Below are positions 6,563 to 14,462 of a stretch of 32,000 bases of DNA, piece after piece. The first letter of the stretch is position 1. Each line of letters starts with the position of its first letter. A model generated the notes under the pieces. That model saw only the letters and a program-made list of their open reading frames with translations. It had not been told where the DNA came from and did no database searches. The stretch is taken from the NCBI GenBank assembly GCA_030688545.1, contig JAUYHT010000006.1:1-32000 (forward strand), given 5' to 3'. Source of the DNA: Candidatus Iainarchaeum sp. GTDB lineage: Archaea; Iainarchaeota; Iainarchaeia; Iainarchaeales; VGJJ01. A program made the translations under genes and the position numbers.

Positions 6563-9452
6563 GGATGTAATTCAGCGTCACCGTGGATTCGGTGATATTC
6601 TGCAACCGGCTTTGGGTGAGGGGGGCGGAATAGAAGTTTTCGCTCGTCCAACGGGAGGCCAAATCATTAAAGTGCACATTTCCGGGGTTCTCAGAGTTGC
6701 CTAGAGGTAATAGCGTTCGCGCATCATCCGGTCGTGACAAATCAACGAATAGGGAATAGGATTGGGTCAATTGACTCCCAAGCGTCCCGATATCTGGATT
6801 CGTCCACCCGGTGTAAGTGCGATCTTTGGAGGGGTCCAAACTCCCGAATCCAAAGAAAACCGTATTGAAGTACTGCACCCGGTGTGAGGCACCTTGGGAC
6901 ACGTATTGGGAGGACCATTGCGCGGGATCATTCCCAAACTGGGAGGTGGTGAGGGACCACGCGGTGGATAATTTGTTTTCCAGCAAGGTTATTTCAAACG
7001 GGCGGAAATTCTGGTTGTTGGCCATTACTAACTTGGCATGCCGTATCCAGGCTCGCATCCCGGGTTCGCCCTCCCCATAAACATTAGTGATGCCCAACGA
7101 ATCGGACGCGCGCAGACGACTCCTGAAATTGGAAACCAGGGCAAAATAGGGCTCATTGATGGATGAGTGGGCGCCATCCTCATACCATTCTTCCAATAGG
7201 TTGAGGGCATTGATGGCCGTGGAACTGAATTTGTCTTCCCCCTGATTATCGCGAACATAGCGGGCTATTTCCACCAGATCGCGGCGGAAAATGCTCACGT
7301 CATCGAAATGAATATCTAATACTTCAGAGGGGGTGAATTTGGCTGGATGAGTCTCCAAGAGGAGCTCGCGCAAACGGTAGGATCGGGCCGTATCCCCCCC
7401 ACCGCCCCAGCCGGGATTATAAAAAATAGGATACCAGGCTCCCGCTGAAAGGTTGTTGGCGGAGAATAGGATACCGCTGCTCGGGTTGATCACATGGGGA
7501 CGCAACGTATGAGGGATAAATCCTTGCCAGAGATATTGGGAGTGGCTCCCATCCTGCGCCACCATCCCCGCAAGAGGAGACAACGAAGAGCGCGTGGGCA
7601 CGGCGGCCAAATGCCAGTAACCGATGTTCCCTTGGGAATCCCCGAAAATAATGTGTACCGCAGGACTCCGGTATTTGGCTAACGCATCCCTGAATTGATA
7701 CACGTCATCGGCGCGCATCATGGCAATGAGGGATTGAATCGTGTGAATATCTGAATCCACTAAAGGGACGGCCTGCACAATGTATTCCTCTCCCGGAAGC
7801 GCACTTACCATCGGAGTTATAATCGGGCCCAAAATGGTTTTCTTCACCGTGATGGATTGGGGGTTGCCATTCTTCACAAGAATGGTTTCATTTCGGGATT
7901 CGATAGTGTAGGTTTGGCCATTATACTCATACTGGTCGGTCCCCACCATCTTCAATTTGAACACGTCACTCAAATCCCCTCCCGCGGCGGTGATGCCCCA
8001 AGCCACCCGGGGATTGAACCCCACATAGATGCCCGGGGCCCCCGGAATGGCGGCCCCGCGCACGTCAAAGGTGGCCCCTTTCACGTGGATTTCATGCCAA
8101 GGGGAGGGGGAAGTAACATCCAGTTGGGGAGAGGAAACCAATATGGCGGCTCCCGTCGTCGAACGGCTGCCCCCCACTACCCAGGCGTGGCTCATTTTGG
8201 GTACTTCAATGAGATTCGTTGAATAGCCCCCGAAGGGAGAGTGTTGATTGGCATAGGTCTGCATGGCTTGGAGGGTGGCGGCGGGGACATCGCTTTGCTG
8301 AACCACGGCACCATCACTATCTACGTACGCCGTGGGTTCCATGTCCGCGGCCGCGGCATCAGCGGAACCCAGTTGGGCTACTTTTTGGTCAAACGTCCGC
8401 CTATTCGTCACTTCCGTGGCATCCACTCCGGCTCGAACTACTGAATCCCAAACTAAGAGAGAATCCACGGGGGTCCAGGGTTCGGGGACAGAATCGAAAA
8501 GATAGAGCAGGCTTGTTTTATGGGTCTCGAGGTAGTAATTTACTCCATCCGAATAGGCCTGGAGGAAATCTTTGGTCTCGGCATCCAGGTTAGGGTAGCG
8601 CGCGGCCGCGTAATCCGCGAACTGGAGGCGGCGCATCTTGATATCCAGGTTGATGGTGGCCCCCCCTCCCATACTCCCATTCAATTCAGACAACCGCCCT
8701 TTCATAATCATGCGGGTGCGATGCATCTGGTATATCCTGTCTTGAGCCGTGGCGTAGCCCATCCCATAGAAAGCGGAATAATCCGTGGTGGCAAACACAT
8801 GTGGCACTCCAAATTGATCACGGATGATTTTTAGGTCGATCCCGCAAGTTTGGGAAAGGAGAGGTTGGTCAACTTGGGTGCCGCAGGCATTCAAATCGGT
8901 GCAGGACCTGGTTTGCGTGCCATTCGTGCAGGGCCCCCAGTCCGTGCAGAACCAGTTCTCGGTACACTCACACACCCCACAATCAGATTCGCACGTGCTG
9001 CAGGTTTCGGTGGCATCACACACGCTATCCCCGCAGAAAGGTTGACAAGTCCCACAATCCTGGGGACACGTGAAACAATCCTCGCTTGATTGGCAGGCGT
9101 TGTCACCGCAGAAAGGGGGGATGGTCCCGCAGTCCGCGGGACAATTGGTGGAATTCTCTCCGGCTTCGCATATCTGGTTGCCGCACACCGGGGGGGAGAC
9201 ACACGATTGTTGGACAGGCGGTTTATCGTCTATCGTGCCACACGCATTCTGGTCGATACAAACTCGAGTCTGGATGCCATTGACACAAGCCGACCACCCG
9301 GAGCATTCCCAATCCTCCTCGCATTCAGGAGGCGGGGGAATAGGGGGTTGAGCGAAGAACAGGAACCAAATGCCTCCTGCTAATAGCAATAAGATAATGA
9401 ATCCCACCACGAAAGGAAGGATGGGGGTTGACTCGTCTTCCGCGGGGAACAT
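6558..9452 (-). CDS. membrane-anchored penicillin amidase / acyl-homoserine-lactone acylase family (Ntn hydrolase, S45-like) with N-terminal Cys-rich repeats
   Basis: N-terminal TM segment ILPFVVGFIILLLLAGGIWFLFF. Alpha-subunit signature RDQFGVPHVFATTDYSAFYGMGYATAQDRIYQM. Candidate beta-chain nucleophile in MSHAWVVGGSRSTTGAAILVSSPQL. A TATA-like cttttaaagaagg lies 22-32 nt upstream of the ATG on the minus strand. Confidence 0.9.
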   Translation of the reverse strand: MFPAEDESTPILPFVVGFIILLLLAGGIWFLFFAQPPIPPPPECEEDWECSGWSACVNGIQTRVCIDQNACGTIDDKPPVQQSCVSPPVCGNQICEAGENSTNCPADCGTIPPFCGDNACQSSEDCFTCPQDCGTCQPFCGDSVCDATETCSTCESDCGVCECTENWFCTDWGPCTNGTQTRSCTDLNACGTQVDQPLLSQTCGIDLKIIRDQFGVPHVFATTDYSAFYGMGYATAQDRIYQMHRTRMIMKGRLSELNGSMGGGATINLDIKMRRLQFADYAAARYPNLDAETKDFLQAYSDGVNYYLETHKTSLLYLFDSVPEPWTPVDSLLVWDSVVRAGVDATEVTNRRTFDQKVAQLGSADAAAADMEPTAYVDSDGAVVQQSDVPAATLQAMQTYANQHSPFGGYSTNLIEVPKMSHAWVVGGSRSTTGAAILVSSPQLDVTSPSPWHEIHVKGATFDVRGAAIPGAPGIYVGFNPRVAWGITAAGGDLSDVFKLKMVGTDQYEYNGQTYTIESRNETILVKNGNPQSITVKKTILGPIITPMVSALPGEEYIVQAVPLVDSDIHTIQSLIAMMRADDVYQFRDALAKYRSPAVHIIFGDSQGNIGYWHLAAVPTRSSLSPLAGMVAQDGSHSQYLWQGFIPHTLRPHVINPSSGILFSANNLSAGAWYPIFYNPGWGGGGDTARSYRLRELLLETHPAKFTPSEVLDIHFDDVSIFRRDLVEIARYVRDNQGEDKFSSTAINALNLLEEWYEDGAHSSINEPYFALVSNFRSRLRASDSLGITNVYGEGEPGMRAWIRHAKLVMANNQNFRPFEITLLENKLSTAWSLTTSQFGNDPAQWSSQYVSQGASHRVQYFNTVFFGFGSLDPSKDRTYTGWTNPDIGTLGSQLTQSYSLFVDLSRPDDARTLLPLGNSENPGNVHFNDLASRWTSENFYSAPLTQSRLQNITESTVTLNYIR

Positions 9453-9573
9453 GTGTCAGAAAATGGTATTTCCTTCTTTAAAAGGGACCTCTGAACCGGA
9501 AAAAATAACCCTATTCATACCTTCCTGGTTGAAAGAAGGCAACTCATAAAATACTGTTAAATAGGTCAGGCGC

Positions 9574-10809
9574 ATGACAGGTCGCATGACCAAGCCGGTT
9601 CCCTATCGTCCTATGCGTGGAAAAACGCATATGCGTCCCCGGCGCTCCCTTTACCCAATAAAGCGGGGGGAAGTACAAACCCCTTTCCCCGCGGCCAAAA
9701 GGAGCCTAACCGCATTGGACATCATTTTCCTCCCGGATGGAAAAGTGAAAATCCCTTTTTACAAGGAAGGAAAAACCCCGGATGAATTGCTCCGGTTACG
9801 CCATGTCGATTTACCCAATCCCTACTCGGCCGTGCGGTTTTCCCGTCATCAAATGGATAGTGTGGCTCTGGAGTCAAAGCGGTTGGATGACATCTACCGC
9901 CTCACCGCGGGCACCCATTTTGGGATCGAGCAGCAATGGAAATCGTTTAATTCGGAACAGAAAGAGAGCGCCCGGAATCTGATTATGGCGATGGCCGGCG
10001 CCATCGGGAATCCCAACCAGTTGCGGAGCCATCATAAGAAGAATATCCAGAAACGCTTAGTGCGCGCCGCGGAGTTGCTTTCAATGGGAAATGATGGAGC
10101 AGCTTTGCTTACATTGAGCGGGGCAGGCAATGATATCCTCGCGCGTCGCAATCAATTGGTTAGGCAACGAATTTTCTTGCGCCGGCGGCATTCATTACTG
10201 AAGGATCGGGCCACCATCGAACAACAGCGTTTGGAAGATTATCTAACGGCCAATTTCAGGCGCCTGGACACACTGCGCAGTCCTCGCGTGGTCAAATCGG
10301 ATCTGGAAAGATTGGCAAACGAATTGGATAGAGAAACACGCAGCATGCTGAAAAAGCGCGAGCCCGAACTGAAGCAGGCGGGGGGAATCCTGTCAAAATC
10401 CCGCGAGGCCATTAAGGAAAACCATTTACGAGAGGCCTATGGCATGATCCGTGAGGCGAATCGCCTGGTAATTCGGGCGTTGGCTCGTCAATATCTTCTG
10501 ACCGGGACATTCATTCAGGTCGTGGTAAACTCCTCCCAATCCGAATTGAGGAAAATGGTTTTCCAGACGCAGTTAGCCATGTTAGCGGAGAATGCCATTT
10601 TCTGGTTCGATCGCACATCCCATCGGGATAATATGGTGTATCATCTTGAGACATTTGCCCGGGCCTCCGCGCGAGACCTGGGAAGGGAAACTGCCCAATT
10701 GGTAAGGGAAGCAGCCGCGGCGGCCAAGAATAATATGGGAACCCTCATGGAAGAGAAACTCATGCTCGCCGCCGGCATCATACGTAAAACACATAAACCG
10801 ATGGTGTAA
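9574..10809 (+). CDS. hypothetical protein (Arg-rich, predicted mostly helical)
   Basis: 411-aa ORF with no competing frame. cataaaatac lies 22-31 nt upstream of the ATG. I recognise no domain. Confidence 0.6.
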   Translation: MTGRMTKPVPYRPMRGKTHMRPRRSLYPIKRGEVQTPFPAAKRSLTALDIIFLPDGKVKIPFYKEGKTPDELLRLRHVDLPNPYSAVRFSRHQMDSVALESKRLDDIYRLTAGTHFGIEQQWKSFNSEQKESARNLIMAMAGAIGNPNQLRSHHKKNIQKRLVRAAELLSMGNDGAALLTLSGAGNDILARRNQLVRQRIFLRRRHSLLKDRATIEQQRLEDYLTANFRRLDTLRSPRVVKSDLERLANELDRETRSMLKKREPELKQAGGILSKSREAIKENHLREAYGMIREANRLVIRALARQYLLTGTFIQVVVNSSQSELRKMVFQTQLAMLAENAIFWFDRTSHRDNMVYHLETFARASARDLGRETAQLVREAAAAAKNNMGTLMEEKLMLAAGIIRKTHKPMV

Positions 10810-10850
10810 TGCCAGAACCCCTTACAGCGGGATCGAGGAACAAGACCCTC

Positions 10851-10870
10851 GACGCGGAGTGAGAGATTCA
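10851..10870 (-). repeat. copy of the tRNA-Ser 3' end (att-like)
   Basis: gacgcggagtgagagattca versus gacgcggagtgagagattcg at 11834-11853. The T-stem 5' half and the rest of the tRNA are absent here. Confidence 0.6.
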
Positions 10871-10873
10871 GAA

Positions 10874-11064
10874 CCAACCTTTTGGAAAAAGGTTGGCGAA
10901 AAAGTATTTCACGATTTGTCTGGGCTCCTGCAAGGAGCCCTAACCCCGCAGCGATTCGATGGAACAGGCTAGAGGTGAATCCGTTTTTATTCTGGCCTAC
11001 TGGGGGTTGTTAAACCCCCATTGTAGTACTTCGTTCCGCACGCGCGAAAGCGTGCCGACGGAAC
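10874..11064. other. cluster of stable hairpins, candidate structured RNA (unassigned)
   Basis: CCAACCTTTT-GGA-AAAAGGTTGG (10874-10896). GGGCTCCT-GCA-AGGAGCCC (10922-10940). GGGGGTT-GTTA-AACCCCC (11002-11019). GTTCCG..CGCGC-GAAA-GCGTG..CGGAAC (11033-11064, GNRA-type tetraloop). No ORF. Confidence 0.3.
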
Positions 11065-11074
11065 GGGCCGAGCA

Positions 11075-11090
11075 CGGGGTGAGAGATTCA
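11075..11090 (-). repeat. degenerate copy of the tRNA-Ser 3' end
   Basis: cggggtgagagattca versus cggagtgagagattcg in the tRNA: 14 of 16 identical, same orientation. Confidence 0.4.
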
Positions 11091-11210
11091 CTTCCGGGGT
11101 TCAAACGCTGTTTTTTCGAAGCCTTTTCATAACTCAGAACAAGACTATTGGACTTAATAAAATTGATTAGATGGTACTCGTTTTTTTAAGTCCTAAATAA
11201 TTTTAGATTT

Positions 11211-11765
11211 ATGCCATTGTTGCGAAATGGGAAGGGCGTCATCAGAAGATTGGTAGAAATTAAGATCGGAGCTAAATTAGGCAGGGGGGGTGAAGGTACT
11301 GTTCGTGAAGCAAAATTTGTTTTTAAAGTCGGAGATCGAGTTCATGAAAAAAGATTTGTCATGAAAAAAGCGCATTGGATTCATGCATTTTCAGGTCTTG
11401 ATATTGGGCAAGGTAACAAAACATTTGGAAATCTCGAAGTCCAATTTCACACGATAAATGAACTTATTGAATTAAATCGAGTCAATCATCTTGGATTGCG
11501 GTTACCTAGTACAGTCGCACTACAAAAAAAACTATTAAGACGGGACAGGTTGTTTTCAACTCGACGTGATCTTATTCCATATAGACAACTCAGCCCTGAA
11601 CAACAAGATGAGTATTGGAAGGATGTAAAACGACAAACCGAAATACTCAAGCAAAACGGATATTTCACATTCCCTGAGACATTTCATCCTTCGAAAAATT
11701 CTAATTCAAAAAAAATAGAAGCGATTATAACTGATTTTGGAATGGTGTTAAAAAGAAAAAAGTGA
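11211..11765 (+). CDS. minimal protein-kinase-like protein (possibly catalytically degenerate)
   Basis: 184 aa in an AT-rich patch. Glycine loop LGRGGEGTV (residues 23-31), FVMKK lysine (49-53), ITDFG (173-177), and the protein ends 7 residues after DFG. The expected HxD catalytic loop position reads FHPSKNSN, with no Asp. Confidence 0.55.
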   Translation: MPLLRNGKGVIRRLVEIKIGAKLGRGGEGTVREAKFVFKVGDRVHEKRFVMKKAHWIHAFSGLDIGQGNKTFGNLEVQFHTINELIELNRVNHLGLRLPSTVALQKKLLRRDRLFSTRRDLIPYRQLSPEQQDEYWKDVKRQTEILKQNGYFTFPETFHPSKNSNSKKIEAIITDFGMVLKRKK

Positions 11766-11835
11766 GTCCATTGTAAGATTAAAGACTATTCGTGTGGATA
11801 AAAAGGCTTCGAACGCGATGGAACCCCAAATATGA

Positions 11836-11918
11836 CGCGGAGTGAGAGATTCGAACTCTCGTAGCCTTTCGGCCCCGGTTTTCGAGACCGGTGCATTTGA
11901 CCGCTCTGCCAACTCCGC
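11836..11918 (-). tRNA. tRNA-Ser (anticodon CGA), class II with long variable arm
   Basis: The reverse complement folds as follows. Acceptor GCGGAGT/ACTCCGC. D stem GCA/TGC. Anticodon stem CCGGT/ACCGG with loop CTCGAAA. Variable arm GGCC-GAAA-GGCT. T arm GAGAG-TTCGAAT-CTCTC. Discriminator G. No encoded CCA. Confidence 0.9.
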
Positions 11919-12026
11919 AGGTTTGATAGTATCCACTGGGGGGCCGTACGCCTAAAAAGGGGAATAGCCCCTCCGGTGAAGGGGGGAGACACCCAGGTAT
12001 ATATAGGAGATTTTTTTCTTGCAGGT

Positions 12027-12575
12027 ATGCGCGCGCGCATCATCCTCATCCCCCTCCTCCTAATGCTCCTCGTGAGTGGGGGACATGCTCAATCCATCAG
12101 TGGGGATGTGTATGTGGTCAAGCGGATGGCATTCCAAACGCCATTGCTTGAAGGGCAACCCGTCATCGTGGAAATCGAGGTAGTAGATGTACGCGGGGTG
12201 GGGGGTTCCGTCACTCTTAATTTCATCGTCCGCGATAACCAGGGAAATCAATTGCCCAATTCGTTTTCGGATTCGACCCCCATCTCTCTTCCCCCAGGGG
12301 GCGGAACCCACTTTTATACATCCCCCGACCTTACATTTGAATTCGACCCGAATGGTTTGGAGACCGGTAAAACGTACACGCTGTTCGTGAGCATCCCGCT
12401 GTATACCGGGTCACCTGGAGAAATCGTCACTGGAAACAATAGCGCCCTGGAGACATTTGTCATCCTCACCCCAACCGTCCAATTGAATGTCCCAGATACC
12501 CCGTGGTGGATGTTTTTGGTGGTGGGAATAGGAGTAATGGGTTTTCTTGGGTTAGGATTCCGACGGGAAAATTAA
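12027..12575 (+). CDS. secreted/surface protein with C-terminal membrane anchor (possible CARDB/Ig-like fold)
   Basis: ATG 12027 has gtatatatagg 20-30 nt upstream. Signal-peptide-like MRARIILIPLLLMLLVSGGHAQ. Beta-rich middle region. C-terminal WWMFLVVGIGVMGFLGLGF followed by RREN. Confidence 0.65.
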   Translation: MRARIILIPLLLMLLVSGGHAQSISGDVYVVKRMAFQTPLLEGQPVIVEIEVVDVRGVGGSVTLNFIVRDNQGNQLPNSFSDSTPISLPPGGGTHFYTSPDLTFEFDPNGLETGKTYTLFVSIPLYTGSPGEIVTGNNSALETFVILTPTVQLNVPDTPWWMFLVVGIGVMGFLGLGFRREN

Positions 12576-12599
12576 AGAGTCCACCATTCCCTATTAATC

Positions 12600-12962
12600 C
12601 TATTTTACGAATTCGACATTCTCAAGATATTCAAACCCTTTGTCGCCGGTGAGAAAGGGGATGCCATACCTCCCGGCCACCGTATAACCAATGACGTCAG
12701 GAATGGATAATGCCCTGTTTTGGAGGCGCAAATCCATGGCGATGGGAATATCCTCGGGTTCGACCGGAACCTGAATGGATGCATACTGTTTCACCAGCTG
12801 ATCGGCCATCATTTTATTATCCCGTTTGAATGCCCAATTGAGTTCAGCTAGATTGAAAATAGTGAGAATACCGTGAGCATTTTCATACTTCGCATAAGCG
12901 GGATCGCCCACCAGGAATTTGGCGATGGCATAGGAGTCGAAAAAATAAATTGGGCTATTCAT
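12600..12962 (-). CDS. vapC: PIN-domain toxin VapC
   Basis: From M14 of the tracked ORF: IYFFDSYAI (Asp), NLAEL (Glu), SIPDVIGY (Asp), FLTGDKGF (Asp). The start ATG overlaps the upstream antitoxin stop as ATGAATAG. Confidence 0.85.
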   Translation of the reverse strand: MNSPIYFFDSYAIAKFLVGDPAYAKYENAHGILTIFNLAELNWAFKRDNKMMADQLVKQYASIQVPVEPEDIPIAMDLRLQNRALSIPDVIGYTVAGRYGIPFLTGDKGFEYLENVEFVK

Positions 12963-13176
12963 CCCATGCCTCTCGATTGGTATCACTAAGGATTTTTTCA
13001 ATGGGGTGAGCTGTCTGGATACTCCCGAACATCCCTTTGAGTGGAGGTTTCTTTGGCAGGATTAGGATTCGGATGCGGTCACCGGGGTGGAAATGGGCTT
13101 TCTTCAATTTCTCCTTGGAAATGGTCGCTCCCCAAGATCCACCCCATTCCCGCACCGTGGTTATTTCTTCGATCAT
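12955..13176 (-). CDS. vapB: AbrB/SpoVT-family antitoxin VapB
   Basis: 73 aa. VREWGGSWGATISKEKLKKAHFHPGDRIRI matches the swapped-hairpin AbrB/MazE-type pattern. 8-nt overlap with vapC. Confidence 0.8.
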   Translation of the reverse strand: MIEEITTVREWGGSWGATISKEKLKKAHFHPGDRIRILILPKKPPLKGMFGSIQTAHPIEKILSDTNREAWDE

Positions 13177-13177
13177 T

Positions 13178-13194
13178 ATTATACTGAGTATAAT
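13178..13194. promoter_or_regulatory. perfect palindrome next to the vapB start, candidate operator
   Basis: ATTATACT-G-AGTATAAT begins 2 nt upstream of the vapB ATG (13176). A second AGTAT-N5-ATACT inverted repeat lies at about 13208-13222. Confidence 0.45.
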
Positions 13195-13239
13195 TACTTT
13201 AAGAAAGTATCTTGAATACTACATTAAATAAATTTACAA

Positions 13240-14289
13240 TCAGCTGGCCCGTTCCCCTTCCTCTTCATCGTCTTCCGGTTGGGGTTGGGGAGGGGGAGGT
13301 TCGGGTGGGGGAGCGGGTTCGTGTTCAGGGGGTTCCTCGGGGGGTTGGTCGGGTTGAATAGGGTGTGCGGGAGGAATGGGGGGTGGGGAAAAAGGCATGG
13401 GAAGCTGATTGGAGGGATCCTGGACCGGGAACATCGCATTTTGAGGCGGGGTTTGGGTTTGGGCGTTTAGGAGGCGCTCCATCAAATGGCTGGGGCCGCG
13501 GATGACCACGTTTTCACGGTGCAGGTCCAATGAAAATAGTCCCAGATAGGCCTTCATCCCAGGGAAATTCCCATCCTGGAGTTGGGCGAGGCGCGTTAAT
13601 ATCGTGGGAAAATGGGCGCTGGCGATAGTGAAGCGCGTGCCTTTGGAAATAGGATCTAACCCTTCCAGGATGGGGAGTACAGGAGCGGCTTCCGTGATGC
13701 CCAGAGCGGGTTCTACTTGTACTTCCGGAGTATTGGAGAGGGTGAGCAAATGCCCGGATAAGGGGCGCATCTCCTCGAGGGAAAGTTTGTGCGCCGAAGG
13801 AAAATTGAGTTCCTTGAGCGAGGCGACCTGATGGTCTAATGTTTTTTCGAGGTAATGAAGATGTTGGATGTGGGTGGAGAGGAACTGTTTCACCTTGTCG
13901 ATGTCCGCCACCGAAAAATTGACGGACGCCCGGGCATTATCCAGGAGGCGCTGGTCCTGCTTGCCCCGTTCGAGGAGGATGGAGAGATGCTGCACTAACG
14001 CATCGGGATTGTGGCCCAACCCCCGGGTCTGCATGAGCTGGTTGAGCTTGAGCACGAGCTTGTCGTGCATCTTCACCTTGAGGGAGGCCATCCCCTTGTC
14101 CGTGAGAAAGAGCTGATGGTCGCGCCGCTGGACCATGCCAAAAGAAACCGCATCCTTGAGCACCCGGGATAAAGCCGCGCGGGCTGAATTAAGGTTAGAA
14201 TAATTGGGGGCTATTTTAGAAAGGAGAGATTGATAGTCCATCCCCGGATTCTGCTGAATGATTAACAAGATACTCGTCTTAGAAGTCAT
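13240..14289 (-). CDS. hypothetical protein with N-terminal winged-helix-like domain and Pro-rich acidic tail
   Basis: The N-terminus ILLIIQQNPGMDYQSLLSKIAPNYSNLNSARAALSRVLKDAVSFGMVQRRDHQLFLTDKG looks like wHTH. The C-terminus is PPIPPAHPIQPDQPPEEPPEHEPAPPPEPPPPQPQPEDDEEEGE. Confidence 0.65.
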   Translation of the reverse strand: MTSKTSILLIIQQNPGMDYQSLLSKIAPNYSNLNSARAALSRVLKDAVSFGMVQRRDHQLFLTDKGMASLKVKMHDKLVLKLNQLMQTRGLGHNPDALVQHLSILLERGKQDQRLLDNARASVNFSVADIDKVKQFLSTHIQHLHYLEKTLDHQVASLKELNFPSAHKLSLEEMRPLSGHLLTLSNTPEVQVEPALGITEAAPVLPILEGLDPISKGTRFTIASAHFPTILTRLAQLQDGNFPGMKAYLGLFSLDLHRENVVIRGPSHLMERLLNAQTQTPPQNAMFPVQDPSNQLPMPFSPPPIPPAHPIQPDQPPEEPPEHEPAPPPEPPPPQPQPEDDEEEGERAS

Positions 14290-14462
14290 GTGTTAAGGAA
14301 CGGGTTTGGAGAATAAAAAACAGGCGGGTGGGGGGGATCAAATTATTTTAAGGAAAAGTGTTGCTTGAACCCCAAACAGATGTTATCCAAACAAAGTATT
14401 TCTAAAGAAAAGAAAATTCCAGAAGTTGATCCTGATTCGGATCGATAGAAATTACTTAAAAA

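Larger units (their letters stand above)
10851..11853 (-). mobile_element. putative degraded integrated element(s) at the 3' end of tRNA-Ser
   Basis: Bounded by an exact 19-nt direct repeat, gacgcggagtgagagattc, at 10851-10869 and 11834-11852. The second copy is the tRNA-Ser 3' end plus 2 nt. A degenerate third copy lies at 11075-11090. The interior is ORF-poor structured DNA plus an AT-rich orphan ORF. No integrase is present. Confidence 0.35.

Noticed and set aside
6817-9383. Many 60-125-aa plus-strand ORFs opposite the acylase gene (for example 7857..8222, 8219..8593, 8520..8834, 9070..9351)
   Set aside because: These are shadow ORFs in a GC-rich 2.9-kb gene whose minus frame carries penicillin-acylase signatures end to end.
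10874-11110. SRP (7S) RNA or RNase P RNA identity for the hairpin cluster
   Set aside because: I could not find the helix-8 GGAA/AGCA-type signature or the RNase P CR-I GGAAAGUCC / CR-V motifs on either strand. The region is kept only as an unassigned structured-RNA candidate.
11075-11110. Additional tRNA or split-tRNA half at the degenerate repeat (GGGGTTCAAAC looks T-loop-like)
   Set aside because: There is no complementary T-stem, acceptor stem or anticodon arm around it on either strand. It matches only the 3' 16 nt of tRNA-Ser.
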